This document shows positions 1 through 12,200 of a DNA stretch of 64,000 nucleotides, in pieces. The DNA is taken from the NCBI GenBank assembly GCA_965153285.1, contig OZ229121.1; one strand, 5' to 3'. Position 1 is the first letter of the stretch. Each line of letters opens with the position of its first letter. The stretch comes from Podarcis tiliguerta (taxonomy: Eukaryota). A program made the position numbers and the translations under genes. Below the pieces are notes generated by a model, which worked only from the letters and a program-made list of their open reading frames with translations, had not been told where the DNA came from and did no database searches.

Positions 1-96
1 AGGGTTCACATGGTCGAATGGGAAGAACAAAGGTTTGATAGCTATTCCTCCCAAGGTGATGGAGAAGGACCTAGCTAAGCCTGGCAGGACAACTTA

Positions 97-355
97 CCGT
101 ATTTTTCGCTCTATAAGAGGCACCAGACCACAAGATGCACCTAGCTTTTGGAGGAGGAAAAGAAGAAAAAAAATATTCTGAATCTCAGAAGCCAGAACAG
201 CAAGAGGGATCTTTGCGCAGTGAAAGCAGCAATCCCTCTTGCTGTTCTGGCTTCTGGGATAGCTGCGCAGCCTGCATTCGCTCCATAAGACGCACACACA
301 TTTCCCCTTACTTTTTAGGAGGGAAAAGGTGAGTCTTATAGAGCAAAAAATACGG
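97..355 (+). mobile_element. Non-autonomous TcMar-Tc2-like MITE with internal hairpin
   Basis: TIRs CCGTATTTTT(C)GCTCTATAAGA...TCTTATAGAGCAAAAAATACGG; TA on both sides. Confidence 0.85.
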
Positions 356-412
356 TACTCTATGGTCTCAACTGCCTCATGAATTAATTAAAGTTAAGCC
401 TGTTGGTTCTTT

Positions 413-778
413 GGGACGCGGGTGGTGCTGTGGGTTAAAGCCTCAGCGCCTAGGGCTTGCCGATCGAAAGGTCGGCGGTTCGAATCCCCGCGGCGGGGTG
501 CGCTCCCGCTGTTCGGTCCCAGCGCCTGCCAACCTAGCAGTTCGAAAGCACCCCTGGGTGCAAGTAGATAAATAGGGACCGCTTACTAGCGGGAAGGTAA
601 ACGGCGTTTCCGTGTGCGGCTCTGGCTCACCAGAGCAGCGATGTCACGCTGGCCACGTGACCCGGAAGTGTCTCCGGACAGCGCTGGCCCCCGGCCTCTT
701 GAGTGAGATGGGCGCACAACCCTAGAGTCTGTCAAGACTGGCCCGTACGGGCAGGGGTACCTTTACCTTTACCTTTTA
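413..778 (+). mobile_element. Sauria SINE (full length, young)
   Basis: tRNA-like head with B box GGTTCGAATCC, (ACCTTT)n tail, TSD CCTGTTGGTT at 399-408 and 779-788. Confidence 0.9.
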
Positions 779-873
779 CCTGTTGGTTACATGAAAGTTC
801 CCCACAACTAGGGACTCAAGGTCAAAGAACCCTGGTTTATTGTACAAATTATAACATTGTTGCCCCAGACAGG

Positions 874-877
<4 letters not shown>

Positions 878-904
<27 letters not shown>
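878..904. repeat. (CT)n microsatellite
   Basis: Direct reading. Confidence 0.9.
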
Positions 905-910
<6 letters not shown>

Positions 911-2051
911 AACCTGTTACATGTTGTGCAATCTAGAATTTGGCTTACCAAGAAGAAGGTAGGAAGTATGGTGTAAGAGAGGAAGCACAAGTTTATTATG
1001 CACACTTTATTTGCAGCTTTGTCCATTTGTTGTGAGCACTCCAGCCTTCTAGGACAAAGTTCACCAAAATGGCACCCATGGGTGCTCGGGTGCCCACACA
1101 TACCTCCTATGGCACCCATGAAAATTCTCTGCAAATGTTCCCTAAAAAATCCACAAAGCATGAGGGAGCTTCTCTTCGTAGATGTGGTGGTGACTGATGT
1201 GTCTTTCCCCCATTGATAGGAGAGGACTTCTGAGTGAGGCTTATCTGTACCGTTTTTGTTGGTATATCTGTTTTTCTACTCTTTCAGATATAATGGCCAC
1301 CTTTTGCTATGCTATGCACTGCACCACAGCCATTTTGTGACTGGCACCCCTGCATCATTTTCTCAAATTTCTAAACATGCCCATTGGCTCAAAAAGTTGG
1401 GAAAGCTCTGGGCTAGAGTCATATTGCAGCCCAGCTGTTCCGTTGCATTGGGCTGTAAAACTGTGATTCTCTGTTGGGAATTAGGATGCATCCAAGTCAA
1501 TTGTGTCCCTTCTAGTGCTCAAAGGCAGGAGACATTGTTACTCCAAAGGAAGATGTCCAGCCCCTCTCCCTTGAAGTATCAGTTTTGTTTTCTGCCTTCA
1601 CTCAAAGCAGCCCATCCCAGCATTTCCTGTATCCTTGGCTACTGCTTCTAATGCAGGGGGGTTCAACTTCTCAGACCAAGTGGGCCGCAAGAGTACTTTG
1701 ACACAGAACCCATGGGCCACACACTGAATTAAATGTCCACATCGTAAATTAAAGTGCTTGCAATATAGTTAATATTATTTAATATACACAATTAATATAT
1801 TTATTTGGACTACCTTGATCTGAAGTGGTTTTTGCCTTTCAACTTGTGTTATTTCCCCAGGGCCTGCCAGTTCAAAGAGCGTCTTCTATCGGTGTTCTCC
1901 CATTTGGTGTTCTTATTGTTAATTTCCTTTTTATTAAAGGAAAATAAGAAAAAGGGGGGAAGTCTGTTTGTTTTTCAGTTGTCTGCTTACCTTTCCCATC
2001 TCTTTTTCTCTGTCCCTCATTGCTTCCTTTCATAGTAAGCATAATTAGGTA

Positions 2052-2937
2052 CCGTATTTTTCGCCCTATAGGACGCACTTTTTCCCCTCCAAAAATGAAG
2101 GGGAAATCTGGGTGCGTCCTATGGGGCGAATGCAGGCTTCGCGGACCTCTCCGCCAGCAGCGGGAGCGCTCCCGCTGCTGGCGGAGAGGTGGCTGCATGC
2201 CGAAGCCTGCGCGCGCTGAGCTCAGCGCGCCCAGGCTTCGCGGACCTCTCCACCAGCAGCGGGAGCGCTCCCGCTGCTGGCGGAGAGGTGCCTGCATGCC
2301 GAAGCCTGCGCGCGCTGAGCTCAGCGCGCCCAGGCTTCGCGGACCTCTCCGCCAGCAGCGGGAGCGCTCCCGCTGCTGGCGGAGAGGTGCCTGCATGCCG
2401 AAGCCTGCGCCCGCTGAGCTCAGCGCGCCCAGGCTTCGCGGACCTCTCCGCCAGCAGCGGGAGCGCTCCCGCTGCTGGCGGAGAGGTGCCTGCATGCGGA
2501 AGCCTGCGCGCGCTGAGCTCAGCGCGCCCAGGCTTCGCGGACCTCTCCGCCAGCAGCGGGAGCGCTCCCGCTGCTGGCGGAGAGGTGCCTGCATGCGGAA
2601 GCCTGCGCGCGCTGAGCTCAGCGCGTCCAGGCTTCGCGGACCTCTCCGCTAGCAGCGGGAGCGCTCCCGCTGCTGGCGGAGAGGTGCCTGCATGCGGAAG
2701 CCTGCGCGCGCTGAGCTCAGCGCGTCCAGGCTTCGCGGACCTCTCCGCTAGCAGCGGGAGCCAGCACTGGGCTCCCACGGCTTGCAGAGAGCTGCCTGTT
2801 TGGGGGCTGGGGTCGGGGGAAGCTCGGGCTTCCCCAACCCCGCGCCTGGGGGGGAAATAATTTTTTTCCTTTATTTCCCCCCCAAAAAACTAGGTGCGCC
2901 TTATGGGACGGTGCGTCCTATAGGGCGAAAAATACGG
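2052..2937 (-). mobile_element. TcMar-Tc2-like MITE carrying a palindromic minisatellite
   Basis: TIRs CCGTATTTTTCGCCCTATAGGACGCAC...GTGCGTCCTATAGGGCGAAAAATACGG; TA TSD. Confidence 0.9.
2133..2760. repeat. GC-rich 99-bp tandem repeat, about 6.3 copies, built from palindromes
   Basis: Unit starts at 2133, 2232, 2331, 2430, 2529, 2628, 2727. Confidence 0.95.
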
Positions 2938-3509
2938 TAATAAGTCAAATGCCTCAAAAAAAAAGGAGACACTGCCTTTTCTTCTAAAGCAGTGTGCCTC
3001 CCTCTCTGGTCTCCTGCTCTGTGAGCATGAGAATGTACACTGCCAGAGTGAAAAACAGATGTTTTCAATTGGCTGCTTCTCATCCACTTGATGCACATGA
3101 TCATGATCGTCATTTTGAGTCCAATAGTGACATTCCCAGACATGGCCTAAATGGTCCTGCTGTAGCAAAAGAGGTGCAGGCAGGAGAAGGCAGAGGTTCC
3201 AGACTCCCAGAGGCCTGATCACATCTCCACAGTGACTGCTGCAGTGCCAGCATCGGATCTGGTATGCAAAAGACCTGGTAGATGGGCAAACCAGAGCCTG
3301 CAGCGGGACGCCACAGAACACCTGTTCTTAGTTTCCACCAGGCATTAGCAGGACAGAGGTATTAGGAGGGTTTATCAGAAGAGGAAGAGGGGCTTGAACC
3401 AGCTCTAGCCCTGTAGGTATTGTTCAATTCTGCTTCTTCCTTGGGGCACATTTTTTTGGGTTTTGATGAATCACCACCCAAGACCAATGTATTGATACTG
3501 GGCACCAGT

Positions 3510-3847
3510 GAGCCTCTTGGCTTCCCTATCAGAAGGTTGGCGATTCAAATCCCCGTGATGGAGTGAGCTCCCGTTGCTCTGTCCCAGCTCCTGCCAACCT
3601 AGCAGTTCGAAAGCACACCAGTGCAAGTAAATAAATAGGTACCGCTGTGGCGGGAAGGTAAACGTGCTCTGGTTTCAGTCACAATATTCTGTTGTGCCAG
3701 AAGCGGTTTAGTCTTGCTGGCCACATGACCCAGAAAGCTGTCTGCGGACAAATGCTCACACCCTTGGCCTGAAAGTGAGATGAGCGCCACAACCCCATAG
3801 TTGCCTTTGACTGGACTTAACTGTCCAGGGGTCCTTTTACTTTTACT
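3510..3847 (+). mobile_element. Sauria SINE (diverged)
   Basis: CTGCCAACCTAGCAGTTCGAAAGCAC core and tail similar to the 413-778 copy. Confidence 0.85.
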
Positions 3848-6192
3848 GGGCATCAACTTTCTACCTCTACTCTGCTAAGCTTGATGCAGATATACTTAAA
3901 CAGAAGAAGCTTTGCTTTCTGATCTGTCAGCTTAACTTGCTGTTTCGTCAACCTGCCATTCAGAATGCATCTGCATTAAAGCCAAAGTAGTCCCACATGG
4001 CAAAGTCTGTTGTTTCCCAAGGGTGCCCTGAATTTAAGTTGTACCGCAGGGGCTCATATGAATTCTTACCCTGTGGCTAGAGGTCAAACGCAAATTTGGG
4101 TTTCCCCTTCCCAATTGAAACTAGCCAGACTTCATCGTATACAATTTGCAGATTGACAGCCTATTGTATCCATCAGGATATTGAGGATGGATAATGGAGC
4201 AATGCGTCAGATTTAGAGGAACCTATTTCAGCAATATTGTTTAATGAAGCTCATTTTTGCCCTTACCTCTCCTATTTTTCATCAGGATTTAATAGAATCA
4301 TAGAATTGTAGAGTTGGAAGGGACCCTGAGGATTATCTAGTCCAGTCCCCTGCAGGATCCCATATAGGAATCAAACTTGCCACCTTGGTGTTACCAGCCC
4401 CATGCTCTAACCAACTCAGCCCAGTTCATGGGTTTAAGGAAAATCTAGAATATGCACCTTCTGTAGGGCTTCTCTGTTAAAAAAAAAAGAGTAATGTGAC
4501 TTAAGATTTGCACAGGATGATAGATACAAAGTTAGATGCTATTCTGTTTTTCTGCCAACAGATTGGCAGTTCAGTAATAAATGTAATGTGTACTTTAAAT
4601 GTAATATAATTTTACTTTTATTCCTTTCTTTGACAGGTAGTCCTTTTGGAGAGTTTTTGAAGACTTTTTTAAAAAATAGAATCCAGGACAGGAAGGTGCT
4701 TCTTTCTATGTCTCCTAATTAAGGGGAGAAGAATCCTCCAACTTTTTGCCAGTCTCATCAGTCCCTTTATGCAGCAGTTTAAATGTTGAGATTGCTGGTG
4801 CTGCACAGGTTCCTGCAGTGCACAAAAGTTTGAGAAGTTTTCTTTCACCTAGCTGGAGATGTGTCTTTCAGAGATAACTTGACAATTTCATAGTATTGGG
4901 TTGTTACCCAAATTCATTGTTGTCCATTATGTTATTTTACCTCTGATTGCAGGATAGGGAGCACATAGATCTATTCCAGCAGTCAGATTGTACTTCAGGT
5001 GCATAGCCAGGAAACTTTAGGGTGTTTACTTAATTTTCTTTGTTGCTTAAGTGAGCAAACACATAGAAAGCATCAAGACAGTAGCAAAAGCTCTCCTTAG
5101 CTTCTGTGGAGCCTACAGAAGCATATAGTCCTTTCCCCAATGGCAGAAGATTCACGGGGCTTCCTTAGCTCTGGCTTCCAAAGGCAAATATAAGTAACAC
5201 AAGTTCCTCCCATTTAAGCATTCAATTACTCTTAAGAGTTTCTGCCAAAGCTGATTGCCTGCCTACTGTATTGACTAAGGTGCAGGTGATTCACATTAAC
5301 TTCTATTTCCCTAACTATTGCAACAGGTACTCAACAGTATTTAGGTCACCCTGCACTGGGTTGCCTCATGGGTTTTCTAGCAAAGTACTGTGGTAAGCTA
5401 TTTGTCAGGTTCTATGCCCCTTTGACAGGGAAAAGTAAAAGCTGAAATGATGTTTTTGTCTTACATTTAGCGTTAGGCAGCATAGACAGATGCTTAGACA
5501 GATGCAAGCACAGATTTCAGGGGAGGAGAACTAGACAACTTCCTTTGGTGCGACAGCATTTTCTGCTTTTGAGCAATAGGAAGAACGTAATCCCACTTGG
5601 TGCATCCTAATTCCCAGTAAGAAACACCTTTCAGAGAAGACTAACATTCCCTTCTAAAGACACGTACTTAGAAGTAAATTACGTTTAAATCAGCTGGATT
5701 TAGTTCACGGCTTCTGCAGATGGGATTGCCCTCTGGACTGGAAATTGCTCAGGCACTGTGTATGAAGTTAACTGTAAGGTTAGTTGAAACTAAAGTTGTT
5801 TTTTGAACTGGTGCATGGAATGAAGGGTTTCTGAGGAGCACCAATACAATACTGAAACCTAAGATAACTGTTTTGGGATAAGTTGTAGCAAAACCCACAC
5901 AGTATTAAAAGTTCCTTTGTTATACTCTTCAGTTTTATGTGGCAAAGTTGCCACATTATGTGTTTTACAAAGTTGCTACAGCAACTATTACAATAACAAC
6001 CCCATCCCCAGATGGATCCCCCATTAGGCATCTAGGTTTGTTGGTTGGGAAATAGCAAGGTAGGGGAATTCTATACACTGAATTCTGTACACTATTGGAG
6101 AACCTCCTAGGCTGAATAAATGGAGAGGATGTTCTGCTATAATAGTAATGTGTTTCCACTTGCATATAATTATTTCTATTTTTTATTTTTAG

Positions 6193-6230
6193 ACAATTTG
6201 TGAGGGTATGTTGCTTGGATCAATTGCAGC
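6193..6230 (+). CDS. TMBIM7: TMBIM7-like exon (TICEGMLLGSIA)
   Basis: tttttag|ACA...GC|gtaagt; 38 nt. Confidence 0.88.
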
Positions 6231-9200
6231 GTAAGTAGTTGGTCAATAAATTGAATTGGCTGTACTGGTGTAATTAGGCATATCACGTTTCACATTAACA
6301 GTTACCTTTCCTTGGCATTTAGTTTCTTTGATGCTGATGCAGTTATGTGGTCAGTTGGTGCCACTGCGTCGGTGACATTTGGACTTGCCGCTTTTACTCT
6401 TCAGAAAAAAGTAAGCAATCATTTATTAACTGTCTTGACCCACTATTTGATAAATTAATCGCTAATTCAGAATTAAAAATAGGTTTGCTCTGTCATCTGA
6501 AAAATGTCATCAGTGTGTGATATTTTGGCATAATGAAAGAATACTGAGAAAGATCAGTAACACAAATTGACACTTAGGAACCATATATCATTCTCTCCAA
6601 TATATATCAGTGGTCATTGAATTTATTTATTTTTTGCCTACAGCTCAGATTAAAATATTTGGGCTGGAATCAAGTAGAGGCTATGATGTTCCAAGAAATC
6701 CTAAAATAACTCTCCTTTTGATTCTTTATTCTGAAGTAAATGAATACCGATTTACAGCTGATTACTACACTACTAACAACAGCAAAACAGTGCATTGCAC
6801 AAAAATTGAAAAACAAAACTCTCCCTACTGTAACTGATTGGTTAAGGAAAACCTGTAATACTATTTTAATGGTAAAGCATAAATATGAGAGAAATGCTAT
6901 ACATAATAATAAAACAAATTTATTGGGAAGTGCTTTGTTTTCACATTTTTGGAATGACACTGTAAATGATATATTTTCTTTTAATCTGGTCACTGTACTT
7001 TAGTTTTTCTTTTCCTTTGCTAGACAGTACTGCCCCTTTTCTCATTCATAAGCCATCTTGCATTTCTTTTTTATTTCTCTCGCTATTTGTTTTATTTTTT
7101 CTTGACAAGCAAGCTTGTTTGATGATGTACAACGGTCTTGGCTACAGTGTGTGCGTGTGTGTAGTGCTTTTTTCTAAAAAAAATGTTTAGGGTTCTCTCA
7201 TTTTCCTACTCATATTGAAATACTGCCCCTCAATGTGGCCAAACTTAGATTCACAAAATGCTTAGGGGTATACATACCTCTGCATCCCCCCCCCCCGAAA
7301 AAAGCACTGTATGTATGTATATATTTATTAATTTCTGTGTTGGCATGTTGACAAAAGCATAATAGTGATGCTAGAGTATACAGTCGTACCTCGACTTATG
7401 TATCCCTCCGGTTACATAAACTTCGGGATACGTAAGCGGCAAACCCGGAAGTATATTTCTGCGTTATTGCTCTCCTGCAGTGTGTGTGTGCACAGAAGTG
7501 GTGCCTCCAGTTGCAGAAACCTTGGGATCCGACCGGAGCTCCAGAACAGATCCCGTCCGCAACCGGAGGTACCACTGTAATTGTTTGTATGCCACAGCAT
7601 AGCTGCTTATATGTGGTCTAAACGAGTTTATTAATTGCTCCAGTAGTAAGATTTTGGATACATACATTCTTATCTTTATTAGAGTTGTAGCTAATGCTCA
7701 CATAGAATCATAAAATTGTAGAGTTGTAAGGCGCTCCAAATATCATCTAGTCCAACGCCTACAATGCAGAAATCTCTACTAAAGCATCCATGACAGATGT
7801 CCTTCCAAACTCTGCTTAAAAACCTCCAAGGAAGGAGAGTCCACCACCTCTCGTGGGAGCCTGTTCTGTTTAATTAGAAATTTCTTTGTGATGTTTAGTT
7901 GGAATCTCCTTTGCTGTAACTTTAATCCATTGGTTTGGGTCCCACCTCCAGAGCTGGACAAAACAAGTCAGTGCCATCTTGCATATGACAGCCCTTTAAG
8001 ATATGGAAAGATGGCTGTTTTCTCAACTACCCAACTCCCTTAAACGTTCCTCATATGTTTAGGTTTCCAAACTCTTAGTCATCTTGGTCACCCTCCTCTG
8101 CACATGTTCCAGCTTGTCAATATCCTTCTTAAATTGTGGAAAGGGAGTAACACAGAAGGGGCCAAATTTCAGTTGTGAAAGAAAGACAGAAAAAATTGCT
8201 TGCAGCTCATTTTTTCTGTGGTTATCTGACCTTGTTGCAGTTCAGGAACTCCAATTTGATCAGATAATATGGTTCTCTGTATTTTGTATCTCATAACACA
8301 GAAAGGCTAGATGTAATTTTAAGTGCATTGGCTCTTAAAAGTAGTTTTCTGATTTACTATATTATTATGTATGGCTACTTCATCTTATCTAGACACTAGC
8401 ATATTAATTAATAGTAACCGCGTGTATGCCATATTAAAATTTGTTTGATTTCCCACAAGATTCTCCTTCTAAGTGGTAAAATTAAGATATATCCTTCGAT
8501 GATATTTCCTTCTGGTAAGCATCAACAGACTTCTGAAACAGAGGGATTTTTCTGCTGTTGGAATGTGCTCCCTTATTCCATCCACTTTGGTGTGTTTTTT
8601 CCATGCTGAAAGGTTTTTTTTTTACCGGGTTTTATAAACAAGAATAATGTTATACAGTACAAATAAGTATCGAGCTATATCCCTTGAGATACTTTGCAAG
8701 ATAGGGTAAGAAAATGTATTAACACCTGATATTCCTTGGTGACTGTCTATTCTATGGGTTGGGTGGAAAACCTCCCCATTTACCAATTTCTCTTCTTATC
8801 ATATCTGCATGGCAGGAAGTGCTCATACCTCTCTTCTTTTTCTTTAGTGTGACCTTACGATCACATCAGGAATACTGCTAGTTTTGTATTTAGTCTTGCT
8901 GATTTATGGATGTTTTTGTGCTATCCTGCAATCAATGGTAAGTAAAACATTTTACTTTTTGAAGTAAATAACCCCTTTGTGTTTTATTCTCTGCATCCCC
9001 TCCAAGCTTGTTTCATTCTCCTCTTTCCCAGTATTGGTTCCCCTCTCACCAAAGTTTAAAGACGACTCAGGTACCTTAATTATTGTGCGCTAGACTTTCC
9101 CTCCGAATTATACTGCAAGTGCTTTTGATTCTGCCCAATCAGGCTTTGTTTTTACCTTGGAAGGGTCTTCAGGTAGGATCTTGGTCCGCATTGTGCCTGA

Positions 9201-12200
9201 ATGTGAGAATCACAATCCTTTCTGGGGAAGTAGGCAGCTCTTCCCTCCTTTATTTCCTACCTTCACCTGGAGGAATTCCCTTTCCATCTCAGTTCTCCAT
9301 TTCTGTGTTCATCACCCTCAGGCTGCTGCACCCTTATCTGGACAGGGGTAGCCTAACCTCTGCTGTCTATGCTCTGGTAACCTCTAGGTGAGATTACTGC
9401 AATGTGTTACACATAGGGCTGCCTCCAAAGACGGTTCAGAAACTTCAGCTAGTGCATTAGCCAGGGAATTTAGTGCATTAGCCTAGTTTGTATTTCTTGT
9501 ATCAGCTTGTCTTTGTTCAAGTTTTTCTGTAGAAGTCTTATAGTGTAGGCCTTTGGTTTGGACATTTTGTGCTGCGTGTTGAATAGTGGGGTGGTGAGCC
9601 GGGGGGGGGGTGTTAGTGGGGCTGGGGGCAGTTTGCCTACTTTTTTATACCATGCACTGTATGAACCTGTTTAGTGTTGTGGGGATTCTCTTTATTTTGT
9701 TTTGGAGAGATGGGTATGCTGTTGTGGGGTGTTTTCAGTGGTGTCTTTCTCCAAATGGGCCCAATGTTTCGTCTTCTAAAATATATGGGATTATGTGGCA
9801 GACTTGGTTGGCGATGTAATATGATTCTATGTTGGGGAAAGCCTTGGGGGCAAAGACAAAGACTGCTGGGAGAGACCATATTTCTTCCATCCTTCCTCTC
9901 TTCACCCAGCGGTTTACAAGGTGAAGGATAGGTGGCTCCTGCCAAAGATATGAACAGATTTCTTGCGGAATGCTGTTGAAATTAGGCCAAGGGCCATATG
10001 ACATTAGATGAAGTTTCCTTCAGTCTCTGGTGAGGTTGAGTGGCCCACTGGATAGGCCTGAAGTGGTCTTTGTCCCAGGACAGAGAATCCATGCAGGAAA
10101 CTAGCAAGCACAGACGCAGGGCCTGCCCAACCATGAGGCAAATCAAAAGCAGCCACTTTGTGCAGAGGAGTCCCATGGGGTGGTTCCCCTGCAGATGTGC
10201 TGACCACCCCTGGCGGAGTTGCACAGCTGCTGCTTCAGATTCTGGTGAGATCTCGCAAGAGTTCAGTGTGATCTCGCTGGAAACTGCCGCAGCTGAATAA
10301 CACCAGTCAGATTTTGTGGGCAGGTGTGGTGGCTTGACACCTTCCTGTTTGCCTCAGGGGCACATGCCTTCACTTGTTCACTCTTGATACCCACCCACTT
10401 GCAAAATAAGTGGGTCTGTACCTTACTCTGTGTTCTGTGCCAGCCTTGACAACCCTGGCATCTGCTGCTACTACTAGCATTTTCCTATTTCACAGTAACA
10501 GTGTGAATACCAATATGCTAATTGGTTTTCTTGGTTTTGCATACTGCTAATTGTAAACTCTGTATTTGCAGTGGTTACGAATAATACATGCTGCCGTTGG
10601 AACACTAATTTTTAGCATAGTAAGTCTTAAAGGAACTGAAGGCTGAATCGACTGAGATGCTCTATATGTGAGAAAGAAAAATCTTACTTTTACTCATAGC
10701 ATTAACTATGACCGGGGTGGGGAAGCTATATTTGTGACTGATTTTCCTCTGAATCACTGAGTTGAAGACAAGACTCTGGGGACCAGGGTTCAGACGCTAA
10801 ATCAGTTAAATTATAGGAAATGACCTCTGGTGAGCCTCATTCTTGTCTGCTCCTATTCTGTTCTCATTTGTTTATGAGAAGAGGGTGAAAGCTTTCACTT
10901 TAGACCAGACTGCAGTTCCCTATTATGTATAAAAGCAGAGAACCAAAGTTTGTTCTATCCACATCTGAAATTGAAGGCATGTTTTGGTTCTTGTTTAACT
11001 AGTGAGTAAAAGCTACAGTTCCAAATTGATATGTAACAAGGAAGCAGCGTTTGTTTTAAAGTGAAAACAGAATATTTCACTCTTTCCCCCTCTTCTCATA
11101 TGCAAAGGGGAGGGGAAGGAAAATATTCAAGCCTGATGCTTACTGTCATATAAACCATGGTTCAAATGATACCTGAACAGGGCCACAAGGTGTGGATGGT
11201 TATGTATCTATTAGTTTGATAAAAATGGTGTTTACTGAAGAATCTTTAATTGAAATCAGATCTTAAACACTTAATGCCAAAATAAACTGTCTTGAGTTTC
11301 TAGAATGAAATTGATCCCTGTTTTGGAGGTACAGTGATATCAGAGATATCCAAGATAAAAAGCCAGTGAGCAAAAAGTTTCAGATTTTAAAACATATTGT
11401 CAGGGGTTCAGGAGCAGAGGCACAGGATAAGGAGGAAATGGAGAGTGAGGGGGAGGAGTCCGAAGGAAATGTCAGCGATGACAGCGATCCGAGGTCTCTG
11501 AGTCTTTCCAGTGAATCGGACGATTCACAGAAAGGAGCTCCCATGGTCAGGGCAAGGGGAGTGCCCAGGGGGACACCTCGGGAAGAAGGGGGCAGAGGGG
11601 ACTCAGAGAGTAGCAGTTGGAAATCAGGGCCCACGTCCCCCCCAGAGTGCAGTAGGGGGGAGGAGTCCCAGGCATCGGGATCAGGTGGAGCGCTGCCAGC
11701 GGGAGAACATGAGGCAGGATTGACCACACCTCCGTCGGGGAGTGAGGAAACGGTCATCAGGAAAGTTAAACGCGCGCGCGCGCCAAGTTCAAATGTACAG
11801 GAGGGAGGCACAGTGGGCAGCCCGGGAAGAGAGCCAGGTCCTAAAGCCCGCCGAAGAGAGCGGGAGGAGTCAGGGGGGTCGTCATCGTCAGCCTCAGAGG
11901 AATCCAGGGAGACAGGGGCCCCGGAGGGCAGCAGGACCCAGAGGAGAAAGAAGAGGTGGAGTAAAGCTAGAGTCTTAAACTGGTGTACAGGGGGCGGGGA
12001 CTCAGATGGAGCTTCGCCGGTCTAAAGTCTAGACGTAGAGCTGGAGCGCTGCGGCGTGGAAATGGAAACTGTACTTCAATAAAGACCTTTGTACATAAAT
12101 ACCAGCCAGCGTTGGTCCTCTGTGAGCTGGGACCAGGAGCCAGCCCTGACACATATGTATGGGTGGGATTTTACTTTCATGTTTATAGCGTTGCAAACAG

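Noticed and set aside
413-490. tRNA-like A/B boxes (also at 28381 and 58149)
   Set aside because: These are heads of tRNA-derived SINEs, not tRNA genes
2133-2760. CRISPR-like array of palindromic repeats
   Set aside because: No unique spacers, eukaryotic context and no cas genes
1872-2860. Four overlapping ORFs of 210-240 aa on both strands
   Set aside because: Artefacts of the GC-rich 99-bp (33-codon) palindromic tandem repeat inside a MITE
900-5400. Possible upstream TMBIM7 exons (AG sites near 1287, 1860, 4636, 5326)
   Set aside because: No translation resembles the expected LACC...RR.P.N..LL..F segment with a phase-0 donor; the exons are probably upstream of the window
9610-10460. Possible second old LTR in the TMBIM7 intron
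   Set aside because: No convincing TG...CA termini with a TSD could be placed
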